Source: a virus
IMG/VR virus record: IMGVR_UViG_3300034374_009254
Location: 37,259 to 101,258 of that record
Length of the DNA: 64,000 nt
Direction: 5' to 3' (one strand)
Positions 51,093 to 58,788 of this stretch are shown in pieces (the first letter of the stretch is position 1; each line of letters begins with the position of its first letter). The translations under genes were made by a program, and so were the position numbers. Below the pieces are notes generated by a model. It saw only the letters and a list, made by a program, of their open reading frames with translations, was not told where the DNA came from and did not search any database.

Positions 51093-51292
51093 TCGAGTAA
51101 CAATGATACAATTACACCTGCCAAAAATAGAATCATGCTTCCTGCGCCTACAAGAAGTCGACTCTCCATTCGAGATAATGTCTCTTCAATTTCTTCAAGT
51201 CGATTGAAGGTAGTTTTCCACCTTTCTTCGCACTGAGCTTCATGAGTAGACATTTCTTTTTCAATTGCTACAACTCGATCTTCTATATCCAT
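51089..51292 (-). CDS. Coiled-coil + C-terminal TM protein (XhlA-like)
   Basis: HEAQCEERW coiled coil followed by a hydrophobic helix. Confidence 0.6.
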   Translation of the reverse strand: MDIEDRVVAIEKEMSTHEAQCEERWKTTFNRLEEIEETLSRMESRLLVGAGSMILFLAGVIVSLLLE

Positions 51293-51717
51293 TATTTTAG
51301 TAGTGTAAGAATAAGAAACAATGTAGGCACAAAAAGTGCTATTCCACAGATAAAGTATACTACGTACAACGCAAGTTGAGCATAGTATGCTCGCTTTTCA
51401 CGTTCCTCTCTTTCTCTTTGCTCTCGTTCTTCTTTGGCTTTCTTTTGAAACTGAAGCCAGTCATCCCACATTCCTGGACGACCCGCCCAGATCATATGCT
51501 CTTTAAGATGTTCTTCCATCTCTTTGATTTTTTCAAGCTCCATGAAAGCTTGTAAATCACTTTTGTATCCATTTTTATTGGATTTTCTCTGTAGTTCAGT
51601 TTTGCTATCAAAGAACTTAGAAACGACTCCAGCTATATCATACAGCTCTTTACCGTTTCCAATTGCTTCTTTTATTACGCCAAACGCAGCATTCGCCATC
51701 GCAATTTCTGCGAGCAT
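51292..51717 (-). CDS. Hypothetical membrane-anchored protein
   Basis: Helical protein with C-terminal TM. Confidence 0.7.
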   Translation of the reverse strand: MLAEIAMANAAFGVIKEAIGNGKELYDIAGVVSKFFDSKTELQRKSNKNGYKSDLQAFMELEKIKEMEEHLKEHMIWAGRPGMWDDWLQFQKKAKEEREQREREEREKRAYYAQLALYVVYFICGIALFVPTLFLILTLLK

Positions 51718-51733
51718 TGAAGTTCTCTAAGGA

Positions 51734-52195
51734 TTAGTCCTCCTTGAGTAGTTTCTCCATCAGCTTTCCGTAATTACCTTGGCCAAATGGCAAACCCTCA
51801 GTATTGATTTGTACATTGTTTTGAGTTCTTACGTTTGAAGTCTCTGCTTTCACCATTTCGGCTTGAGCTTTGATTTCATCCATTCTCATACGATGCGCCA
51901 TCTGAAGTAAGTCTGCCAAGTCTTTACTTGAGTATACTCCGGTTTCTTGCGCCTCCTCTAATTTTGATTTAATGATTTCGTCAAGGGCTGTAGCAATATT
52001 ATTCTTGTTACGAAACCCCATGTCTAAGTATACAGTATCTATATACTTTTTTACTTCTCGCTTATTAAGTATATCAACAACTTTATTTTCAGGAACGGCT
52101 AAATACTCGCACACTGCACGAATATTTCCAAATTGCAAATAGCAATTTGCCACTTCCAACCCTTCTGGAGAGATTGTTGTTAATTCCTTACTCAT
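51734..52195 (-). CDS. terS: Terminase small subunit (T5-type)
   Basis: SPEGLEVANCYLQ...EVKKYID..Y.D.GFRN...KLEEAQETG..S.KDL.DLL.MAH.MRMDE closely resembles T5 TerS as recalled. Confidence 0.88.
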   Translation of the reverse strand: MSKELTTISPEGLEVANCYLQFGNIRAVCEYLAVPENKVVDILNKREVKKYIDTVYLDMGFRNKNNIATALDEIIKSKLEEAQETGVYSSKDLADLLQMAHRMRMDEIKAQAEMVKAETSNVRTQNNVQINTEGLPFGQGNYGKLMEKLLKED

Positions 52196-52200
52196 TTTTA

Positions 52201-52229
52201 ATTATACCTCTAAGGGGATGTTTTGTCAA
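52201..52229 (-). promoter_or_regulatory. Sigma70 promoter for the terS operon
   Basis: TTGACA-17-TATAAT. Confidence 0.85.
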
Positions 52230-52324
52230 GGTTTAAATTTCGGTAGTATTTCCATAGTTTGTACGCATAGTTTGCGTGCATAGGACAGTGTTTAGGGTTG
52301 TACTTAACATAAGACATAAATTCT

Positions 52325-52924
52325 TTAAGATCCCCACTGATCTGCCATTGCTGCGGCAATTCCAAAGAACGTGATAGATCGTTCTTTGCCCTGTCCTCCT
52401 CCGAACTTGTCATATCCAGTATCTCCTTGGTTGCCCCATCTTGGCTTACCATTTACTATTCGAGGTTCAACATACCCCGTAGGTTGTAAGGGTGCCAAGC
52501 CCCTCAGCCACAAACCCGTTTTCTTTGACGCATCTTCTTCGTAGTTATAGGGCTGGACGTATTGGGGCTTTGGCATAAAATCGAGGCGGGTATTAATGCA
52601 ACCCACCGGGTTCTCAATGCACATTTTTTCTACGGGAGCTTCCCATAGTTTTGTAATAAATTTTAAGGCTTCTTCTGTTTTTTCCGCTCTTCCCGGGACT
52701 TTGTTGTTCCAATGTAGTCCAGAAGAAGCCAGATAGGTGCAAGGAGGGTGCAAAATAGCAATATCCCAGTCATTGTTATATAGTACATCTAGTACGTCTC
52801 CTTGGTAGTGAACGCCATGAGGACTCTCGCTAGGCAAGAGATCGCAAGAAACAGCATCGTGCCCCATTGCATTGAAACAATCTCGCACGGTTCCTGAAAA
52901 CTCACACCCTACTAATACTTTCAA
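52325..52924 (-). CDS. Short DNA cytosine-C5 methyltransferase-like protein
   Basis: KVLVGCEFSG (SAM-binding), HPPC (catalytic), IENP motifs. Confidence 0.8.
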   Translation of the reverse strand: MKVLVGCEFSGTVRDCFNAMGHDAVSCDLLPSESPHGVHYQGDVLDVLYNNDWDIAILHPPCTYLASSGLHWNNKVPGRAEKTEEALKFITKLWEAPVEKMCIENPVGCINTRLDFMPKPQYVQPYNYEEDASKKTGLWLRGLAPLQPTGYVEPRIVNGKPRWGNQGDTGYDKFGGGQGKERSITFFGIAAAMADQWGS

Positions 52925-53081
52925 TTCTAATCACCGTTGATTTTAAAACGTCTTCGAAAGAGCCATCGCTTTTGAGAATAATCAGACGATCGCTACTACC
53001 ATTATTTAATTCTTTTGGCATTGCACCAGTTACTTCAAGTGTATGCCCTTTTGTCCAATGTTTGTAAATTACTTTTACCAT
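52902..53081 (-). CDS. 59-aa hypothetical protein (not in ORF track)
   Basis: GAGG RBS, MVKVIYKHWTKGH...; downstream of a TTGACA-18-TACAAT promoter. Confidence 0.6.
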   Translation of the reverse strand: MVKVIYKHWTKGHTLEVTGAMPKELNNGSSDRLIILKSDGSFEDVLKSTVIRIESISRV

Positions 53082-53198
53082 GTGTACCTCTGTGAGATTA
53101 TGCTATATTGTATCCCGAAAGAGCACCAAATGTCAAGGCTTATTTTTGGTTAGGTGTTCAAAAAACCCCAAAGTTTTACGTGTGGGGTAGCGCGCGCA

Positions 53199-53217
53199 AA
53201 TGAGAATCATTCTCGTC
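53199..53217. promoter_or_regulatory. Fur-box-like operator
   Basis: AATGAGAATCATTCTCGTC, a 7-1-7 inverted repeat matching AATGAnAATnATTnTCATT. Confidence 0.7.
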
Positions 53218-53386
53218 TAGAAACCGCCCACCCCGGCCTGGCCTATAGCACAGACCCGGCCCGGCGTCAAGCAATTTTTTTGTGAAATATTCACATAAAA
53301 AAAGCTGTACTTTTGGGCACGGGTTCGGTTATAATCTTTTCATCGGATGGGGATTGGCCCTGTCCCTTTTTAAAAGGTAGCATCTT

Positions 53387-53680
53387 ATGTCTAACTACAC
53401 TGATAAAATGGTCGCGGCGATTCGCTCTGCGGCTCCTCTTAACCTCGCCAAAGCTAAGGCACTTGCCGAGCAATTCGGGAGCGTATCACATCGCTCGGTC
53501 ATTAGCAAGGCGCAAAGCCTCGGCGTTGAATACGTCAAGGCCGCTCCCGCCGCGCGTCAGCCTCGCGGCATCACTAAGGCGGAATATCTAGCCGCCATTC
53601 GCAAGGGTTTAAACCTTGCTGATCGCGAAGGCGATCTAACCAAGGCGGAGCTTTCCGCCGTGTTGCAGGCTATCGCATGA
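53387..53680 (+). CDS. T5 A2/D3-like DNA-binding protein
   Basis: NYT...LAEQFG..S.RSVISK...GVEYVK...TKAEYL pattern. Confidence 0.75.
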   Translation: MSNYTDKMVAAIRSAAPLNLAKAKALAEQFGSVSHRSVISKAQSLGVEYVKAAPAARQPRGITKAEYLAAIRKGLNLADREGDLTKAELSAVLQAIA

Positions 53681-53874
53681 TAGCCTTTGCCGCTTGGATC
53701 GGGGCCGCTTGCATGATGGCGGCCCCTTTCATCATCGACACGAGCGCGGGAAAATATCTTGCGATTGTCGGTTTGGCATTATTAACATTGCAAGCGATTG
53801 CCAATCGGTGCTATAATCTGGTCTTGCTTAACATCGTTGGTATCGGAGGATATTTTTATGCGCTTTATCTATGA
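53677..53874 (+). CDS. Small multi-TM membrane protein
   Basis: Hydrophobic 65 aa, ATGA overlap. Confidence 0.7.
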   Translation: MIAFAAWIGAACMMAAPFIIDTSAGKYLAIVGLALLTLQAIANRCYNLVLLNIVGIGGYFYALYL

Positions 53875-54331
53875 TTTAGATCACACTGTGATCGACTCGT
53901 CACATCGTCAGCTTACACTTGCTGACGGCTCACTCGATCTGGATCACTGGATCGAAAACAACACGCCCGAAAAAATCGCGCGTGACCGACTGCTACCGCT
54001 TGCCCGTCACTGGCGAGCGCAACGCGAACGCGGCTGTGAGATCGTGGTCTGCACTGCTCGCGTTATGGGTGCGGCAGATTACGAATATCTGCGCGCAAAT
54101 AACCTCGAATGGGATGCTTGCCTATCGCGCCCACTCGGTAACACTAACCCAGACGGCGAGCTAAAATTTGCACTATTGCAAAAATACGCTCGCGCAAAGA
54201 CTCACTCATGGGCTAGGTTTTGCAAATTTAGCCTAATGATAGATGACAATAAAAACGTCATCTCTTACTTGACTGCTCGCGGCTTGCGGGTTTATAATGC
54301 ACTTGAAATTAACGCGAGGTTAGCGGCATGA
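53858..54331 (+). CDS. HAD-family phosphatase
   Basis: Motif I DLDHTV, motif II TAR, K, motif IV IDD; GGAGG RBS before ATG 53858. Confidence 0.85.
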   Translation: MRFIYDLDHTVIDSSHRQLTLADGSLDLDHWIENNTPEKIARDRLLPLARHWRAQRERGCEIVVCTARVMGAADYEYLRANNLEWDACLSRPLGNTNPDGELKFALLQKYARAKTHSWARFCKFSLMIDDNKNVISYLTARGLRVYNALEINARLAA

Positions 54332-54837
54332 TAATTCGATCTACTGACTCAATCCCAGAAATCACCCCGATCTCTGGCATGGCTTGGCACTACGTTTGGG
54401 AATTGCTCGAATTTGGTGTTTTCAAAAACGGCTACGCTCGACACGCCTACAAGAACGGCAAGCATGGCGGCATTGAGCGTGTGCGCTGGTGTTTGCAAGA
54501 TTGCGAGGACGCTTTCGGCTACAATCGCGGAGAGCTTCACGCTCGCATCTGGCGGATGCGTTTGGGCGACAACGAAACGGTGCTCGCGGCAGAGCAATTT
54601 GTTCACTCACGCGAGGCAAACCGCGAGGACAAAGCCATGCTGTATGACAAGCGTTGGCTTGACGTTGGCGGTAAATCGGAATTTTATTTCTGTGACCAAA
54701 AAACTGCGTTGACTCGCTACGCCAATAGCTACCGCAAAACCAATCTGGCAATCGGTGCGGCGGTGCGTGATTTCAAACGCGCAAAGGGAATCCACGGCTG
54801 TCCCTACCCTGTTGACTATGAGGAGGTTTTAGCATGA
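54328..54837 (+). CDS. Hypothetical protein, possibly GIY-YIG/T5orf172-like
   Basis: Weak pattern FKNGY...R...EQFVH...EFY. Confidence 0.45.
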   Translation: MIIRSTDSIPEITPISGMAWHYVWELLEFGVFKNGYARHAYKNGKHGGIERVRWCLQDCEDAFGYNRGELHARIWRMRLGDNETVLAAEQFVHSREANREDKAMLYDKRWLDVGGKSEFYFCDQKTALTRYANSYRKTNLAIGAAVRDFKRAKGIHGCPYPVDYEEVLA

Positions 54838-55433
54838 AAAACCTACAAGCAAAACTAAACCGGCTCGCGGAGAATCTCTCCGCTCCGGTTGCGGTAATTT
54901 TAGAAGGGCGAGACACTGCGGGCAAATCCTCGACCATTCGAGAATTGACCCACTACCTGCCGCCCGATCTTTATAGCGTTTGCCTTTCGCACAAACCTAG
55001 CAAACGCGCAATGTCATCATGGCTGGCATATTGGGAAACCAAACTACCAAAGCAAAACCAAATCGTGTTTTTTGATCGCTCTTGGTATTCTCGCGCGATG
55101 GTGCAACATATCAACGGATGGTGTACACCGAAACAATACGAGATTTTTATGCGCGACCATAAAAATTGGGAAGCTAATCAGCCGGTGCGCTTGATTAAAT
55201 TTTGGCTTTCGATTTCGGAAGATGAACAAAAACGCCGAATCGAAATGCGAAAAAATTCTCCGCTGACTTATTGGAAATTTTCGCCCAACGATGAAAATGC
55301 GCTTTCACACTATGACAGAATGAGCATTTTGAAAGAGCGCGTTATTGATTCCGATTGGCACACAATTAATTTTGAAAATAAACGCGCGGGAATAAAAAAA
55401 TTGCTTGACACATTATGCCGCGATCTGGCATAA
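54834..55433 (+). CDS. ppk2: Polyphosphate kinase 2
   Basis: Walker A EGRDTAGKSS, FDRSWY, KFWLSISEDEQKRR, WKFSPND. Confidence 0.93.
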   Translation: MKNLQAKLNRLAENLSAPVAVILEGRDTAGKSSTIRELTHYLPPDLYSVCLSHKPSKRAMSSWLAYWETKLPKQNQIVFFDRSWYSRAMVQHINGWCTPKQYEIFMRDHKNWEANQPVRLIKFWLSISEDEQKRRIEMRKNSPLTYWKFSPNDENALSHYDRMSILKERVIDSDWHTINFENKRAGIKKLLDTLCRDLA

Positions 55434-55479
55434 TGTTTTTATCGACTCGGGGATTGGCCCCATTTAAGGAGAGCGAAAA

Positions 55480-55695
55480 ATGTCTGCACAATACTCTAGC
55501 CACGTTACTCAGGAAGACCTTTTCGACTTGGCGGCTTACCGTCACTTTGACACTTGCCGGAGCTGTGGCAAGACCTGCCCTGCCGCTAACTACTACGAAG
55601 GGCGCGTTTGCCACGTTTGCTACAACGAAGACCTAGACTTTTGGTCAGCTTGGGACTGGAGGTTCGAGTGGGAGTGGAGCCGAAAAGCCAAGTGA
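55480..55695 (+). CDS. Small Zn-finger protein with Trp-rich tail
   Basis: CRSC...CHVC; AAGGAG RBS; own promoter TTGACA-18-CATAAT. Confidence 0.7.
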   Translation: MSAQYSSHVTQEDLFDLAAYRHFDTCRSCGKTCPAANYYEGRVCHVCYNEDLDFWSAWDWRFEWEWSRKAK

Positions 55696-55697
55696 CG

Positions 55698-55713
55698 TGT
55701 TCCACGTGGAACA
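55698..55713. promoter_or_regulatory. parS: parS centromere-like site
   Basis: Perfect 16-bp palindrome TGTTCCACGTGGAACA matching the chromosomal ParB-binding consensus. Confidence 0.8.
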
Positions 55714-55750
55714 ACGCTAGGCCACGACCCTACCTGCCTTCGGCCAGGAC

Positions 55751-55795
55751 CAAGCGACCAAGCGGTCGCTTGACAATTTTGGCGCGGCCGCGCCA
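55751..55795. repeat. Two adjacent inverted repeats
   Basis: CAAGCGACC-AAGC-GGTCGCTTG and TGGCGCGGCCGCGCCA. Confidence 0.85.
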
Positions 55796-55836
55796 GTAGT
55801 AGTTCGACGACGACTTTTTTTGGTGTACCGCGCGCC

Positions 55837-56160
55837 AGAATAAGTGCAAACGCGACCAATGTCAAGTCTTTTTTGCACGATTGGATAAAATTTTTTTAAA
55901 TTGTTTTGGTCTTATAAAAGCGCCGCGCCGATTATACAGTGCGGGGTCAATGCTGTCAAGTACTTTTTGCACAATTGCCCAAAATAATTCGACGCGCTGG
56001 TCTCTGCTAGACCCCGTGCCCACCCTGGTAGTATACGCGCAAGGCCCGGAATTGTCAAGAACTTTTTGCGGCAATTGTGCAAGATTTTTAAAAGCGCGAG
56101 CCTGGCGGCGCCGATTATACAGTAGTGCGCCGACGATGTCAAGTACTTTTTGCACAATTC
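55837..56160 (-). repeat. Array of four ~84-99-bp units, each a leftward sigma70 promoter
   Basis: TTGACA-17-TATTCT/TATAAT/TATACT/TATAAT; -35 at 55860-65, 55954-59, 56053-58, 56137-42; shared GCAAAAA upstream tract. Confidence 0.85.
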
Positions 56161-56175
56161 GTGAAAATAAATCGC

Positions 56176-56374
56176 TTGACTAGTCTCTGCGGGGACGGTA
56201 TAATTAGCGCAAATTGTAGAAACCTGGGGCATCCCCGCGACAATTTTTGATAATTTTGGTAGATTCGAGAAAATAATTCTTGACACGATTAGGTCGTGTG
56301 CGGCCCCCCGGAATTCGCTTGCGTTGGGGTTACGACAAAAAAGATTTGACATTTGTAACCGAAGCGAGTATAAT
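56176..56374 (+). promoter_or_regulatory. Two rightward early promoters
   Basis: TTGACT-17-TATAAT (56176-56204) and TTGACA-17-TATAAT (56346-56374). Confidence 0.85.
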
Positions 56375-56400
56375 ATGTACCATAAATCGGAGGAATATAC

Positions 56401-56589
56401 ATGACTGATGTACAATTCGAAGCCTTTAGCTTATACGCAGGTATGCGCTATGACGGTATGTCTAAGCTGGATGCATTTATGTACACCATACGGTGTCTGC
56501 TTCCAGAAGAGGACTACCCTAACGGATACGATGATAGTGCGATTGAATTATACTCTTGGCTTCGACAAAAGGTAAAACTGGATGACTAG
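56401..56589 (+). CDS. Hypothetical early protein
   Basis: GGAGG RBS, first gene after the promoter. Confidence 0.75.
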   Translation: MTDVQFEAFSLYAGMRYDGMSKLDAFMYTIRCLLPEEDYPNGYDDSAIELYSWLRQKVKLDD

Positions 56590-57016
56590 AATAAAAGTAA
56601 AAGCAAAAAAGCAATGGTCAATGGCTGAAAGACAATTAGCCAAAAAAGCCATTGAATTTGCACTGGATGAGCTTGATTTACGAGTAACCCCAGTACCAAT
56701 TGATATTCGACTAAAAGGTAAGTCGGAAACAGATTTCGGTGATTCTATTGACCTGGATCACAAAATTGTAGTAAGATTACACAAAAATGATAACTGGTTG
56801 TCTACTTTGTTTCATGAGCTGGAACACGCACGCCAGTACATTTACTGCGAGCTTGAGTTAGAACACGACCATGCTATTTGGCAAGGTACTTTATCAAAGC
56901 GCAACGAAAAATGCTGGGATGAGTATTGGAACTCTCCGTGGGAAGTAGCTGCAAGGGAAAAAGAAGAAGAATTATTTGCAGCTTTCCAAAAAAATCTCTT
57001 GACATCATCCTCATAA
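56582..57016 (+). CDS. Zincin-like metallopeptidase
   Basis: HELEHARQY (HExxH) and Y...PWE..A motif. Confidence 0.8.
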   Translation: MTRIKVKAKKQWSMAERQLAKKAIEFALDELDLRVTPVPIDIRLKGKSETDFGDSIDLDHKIVVRLHKNDNWLSTLFHELEHARQYIYCELELEHDHAIWQGTLSKRNEKCWDEYWNSPWEVAAREKEEELFAAFQKNLLTSSS

Positions 57017-57073
57017 ACTTGTATAATATATTTTCAAAAGTGGTAAAACATTTAATTTTTAGGGAGAATTTTA

Positions 57074-57403
57074 ATGACTGATATGACTGCAAAGGCTTCG
57101 GCCAACTACACTCAAGAAATGGTTGACACCATCTCTTCTGACTACTCTGCTAACCCTACTCGTGCTACTGTTGATGCGCTTGCTGACAAGTTCGACAAGA
57201 CTCCTCGTAGTATCATCGCTAAGCTCTCTGCTTTGGGCATCTATGTCAAGGCTGAGCGTGTAACCAAGCGCGGTGAGCCGATTGTTCGCAAGGACGAGTT
57301 GGTTGCTCAGGTTCAGGCAAGCCTTGGTTTCGAAGTACCCTCTTTGGTCAAAATGACTAAGGTTGATCTTCAGAACCTCATCAGCTTCTTCGAAGCAGCT
57401 TAA
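57074..57403 (+). CDS. T5 A2/D3-like DNA-binding protein, probably highly expressed
   Basis: NYTQEM...LA..F.KT.RSIIAKLS..GIYVK...RKDELV; own promoter (56999-57027) and terminator; strongly biased codons. Confidence 0.8.
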   Translation: MTDMTAKASANYTQEMVDTISSDYSANPTRATVDALADKFDKTPRSIIAKLSALGIYVKAERVTKRGEPIVRKDELVAQVQASLGFEVPSLVKMTKVDLQNLISFFEAA

Positions 57404-57409
57404 TTTTCT

Positions 57410-57428
57410 AGGGCCTTCGGGCCCTTTT
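57410..57428 (+). terminator. Intrinsic terminator
   Basis: AGGGCC-TTCG-GGCCCT-TTT. Confidence 0.85.
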
Positions 57429-57444
57429 ACTTCAGGGCTTTGTA

Positions 57445-57612
57445 ATGTACATAGTATTTTGTGTATTATCAGGTAAACCAGACTGGGTAAGCACTTGGCT
57501 GGAATACTACGATGCTTACAGGGAAGCAGAGTCCTTAAATAAAAGGGATTACAAGGCATTTTACTACGTAAGATATAAGGAGAAATTTAATGGCAAAGAC
57601 ACTTATCTTTGA
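57445..57612 (+). CDS. 55-aa hypothetical protein (not in ORF track)
   Basis: MYIVFCVLSGKPDWVSTWLEYY... fills the gap between genes; weak RBS. Confidence 0.5.
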   Translation: MYIVFCVLSGKPDWVSTWLEYYDAYREAESLNKRDYKAFYYVRYKEKFNGKDTYL

Positions 57613-57805
57613 CCCCGCTTTGACTCGAAAGTTCAAAGCCAATGCCGCTATGAAAGGCAAGAAAGTGACTTCTCACGGTGCATTTCGTGCGAAGCGTAAG
57701 CCTAACTCACCTGTGATTCAGCGTGCTGAGCGAGCAAAGGCTGCTGCAGTTTTTGGCAAAGACCCGGGATTTAAGTCCGAAATCTATGGTATCGAGGTAG
57801 AGTAA
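57590..57805 (+). CDS. Small basic protein
   Basis: AAGGAG RBS, K/R/A-rich. Confidence 0.75.
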   Translation: MAKTLIFDPALTRKFKANAAMKGKKVTSHGAFRAKRKPNSPVIQRAERAKAAAVFGKDPGFKSEIYGIEVE

Positions 57806-58011
57806 TGTGGGGATTTGTTGTAGTTCTTGCATTATGGATGACATACGTCGAAACTGAAATGCCAAACAGAGTGCACGAATGTGAATTTGATAACTCTTGC
57901 GGATTGCAAGAAGAAGAGGAAGCAGCATAATGAGTAGAGAAGAACAAGACGCAGTGTACAATTTTGTAGGATTTTGTTCAGCTTGTGCGATATTATTATT
58001 TATTATAATAA

Positions 58012-58239
58012 GTGCGTAGGAGTTACAAAATGCACATGATTCAAGAAGTATTAAGTCCCGGGAGATACAAGTATAAAGTGTACAATGCTCGGGGCGCGCT
58101 TTTGTTTGTAGGAGAAAGTGCTAGTATTGCACAAAGTATCTATCAACAAGGCAAAGCAAAGGAATTGGAGGCAGAAAAAAATGCTAGATTATCAAGAAAT
58201 GATCGCAGTAACAGATCGAGCGACATCAGTGAAGGTTAA
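58012..58239 (+). CDS. Hypothetical protein
   Basis: AGGAG RBS suggests a start near 58030. Confidence 0.6.
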   Translation: MRRSYKMHMIQEVLSPGRYKYKVYNARGALLFVGESASIAQSIYQQGKAKELEAEKNARLSRNDRSNRSSDISEG

Positions 58240-58396
58240 CCCTGACGGGTCTAGCTATACTTATACTAATATTGAGAGTATCCGTAGCGAGCTATGGCAT
58301 AACTGGGCTCTAAATTACTTAGAGATTGAACAGAACATTGAGTCTATGCGACGCCAGGGCCTGCTTGTAGATTACTCGGAAGGAGCGAATAATTAA
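58181..58396 (+). CDS. Hypothetical protein
   Basis: GGAGG RBS before MLDYQ. Confidence 0.6.
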   Translation: MLDYQEMIAVTDRATSVKVNPDGSSYTYTNIESIRSELWHNWALNYLEIEQNIESMRRQGLLVDYSEGANN

Positions 58397-58575
58397 TGGA
58401 AATAAAAGAAGTTGAATCAGTAACAGTTCAATTCTGTGCAAACGGATGCGTGTTAGAGTTTAGCGCAAGAATTGATGGCGAGTGGACTACTAGAAAAGAA
58501 CTTTTTATAGTAGGAGACGAAGCTGATATGTTTGCACGAATTGCACACTTGCAGGTAATACATCGTGGAGCTTAA
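58396..58575 (+). CDS. 59-aa hypothetical protein (not in ORF track)
   Basis: AAGGAG RBS, TAATG coupling, MEIKEVESVTVQFCANG... Confidence 0.65.
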   Translation: MEIKEVESVTVQFCANGCVLEFSARIDGEWTTRKELFIVGDEADMFARIAHLQVIHRGA

Positions 58576-58756
58576 AGATAGTGCGGAAAATGTAGCATTT
58601 CGTATACGCACTTTTTGTATGTACGAAGCTGACGTAGAAAAGTTCGAACCCAAACTTCATATGAACAATGATGGGCTCGTACTGGAGTACAATGAGAAGA
58701 GTACTGGGTATAAAAGATTTGAAAAAATGTGTGGGGTAACGAAAAATAATTCTTGA
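58565..58756 (+). CDS. Hypothetical protein
   Basis: Coupled ORF. Confidence 0.55.
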   Translation: MELKDSAENVAFRIRTFCMYEADVEKFEPKLHMNNDGLVLEYNEKSTGYKRFEKMCGVTKNNS

Positions 58757-58788
58757 CATTTTGTGGTCACTTCTTGTATAATATCTTC

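Larger units (their letters stand above)
53180..56400. other. Putative terminal repeat / first-step-transfer (pre-early) region
   Basis: T5 synteny (after terS, before early genes), GC shift, A2-like gene, repeat- and palindrome-rich right boundary; endpoints approximate. Confidence 0.6.

Noticed and set aside
110-52000. Many + strand ORFs in the late region (e.g. 110-514, 9688-10275, 32233-32769)
   Set aside because: Antisense shadows of long minus-strand genes with biased codon use; no RBS or protein-like composition
55837-56160. Repeat array read as a mini-CRISPR
   Set aside because: Conserved parts are -35/-10 elements separated by a 17-bp variable spacer; units are degenerate and non-palindromic; no cas genes
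55862-56415. ORFs 55862-56155, 55881-56183 and 55912-56415
   Set aside because: They translate the promoter repeats (QKVLD...LYNRR) in GC-rich DNA and lack RBS; likely spurious
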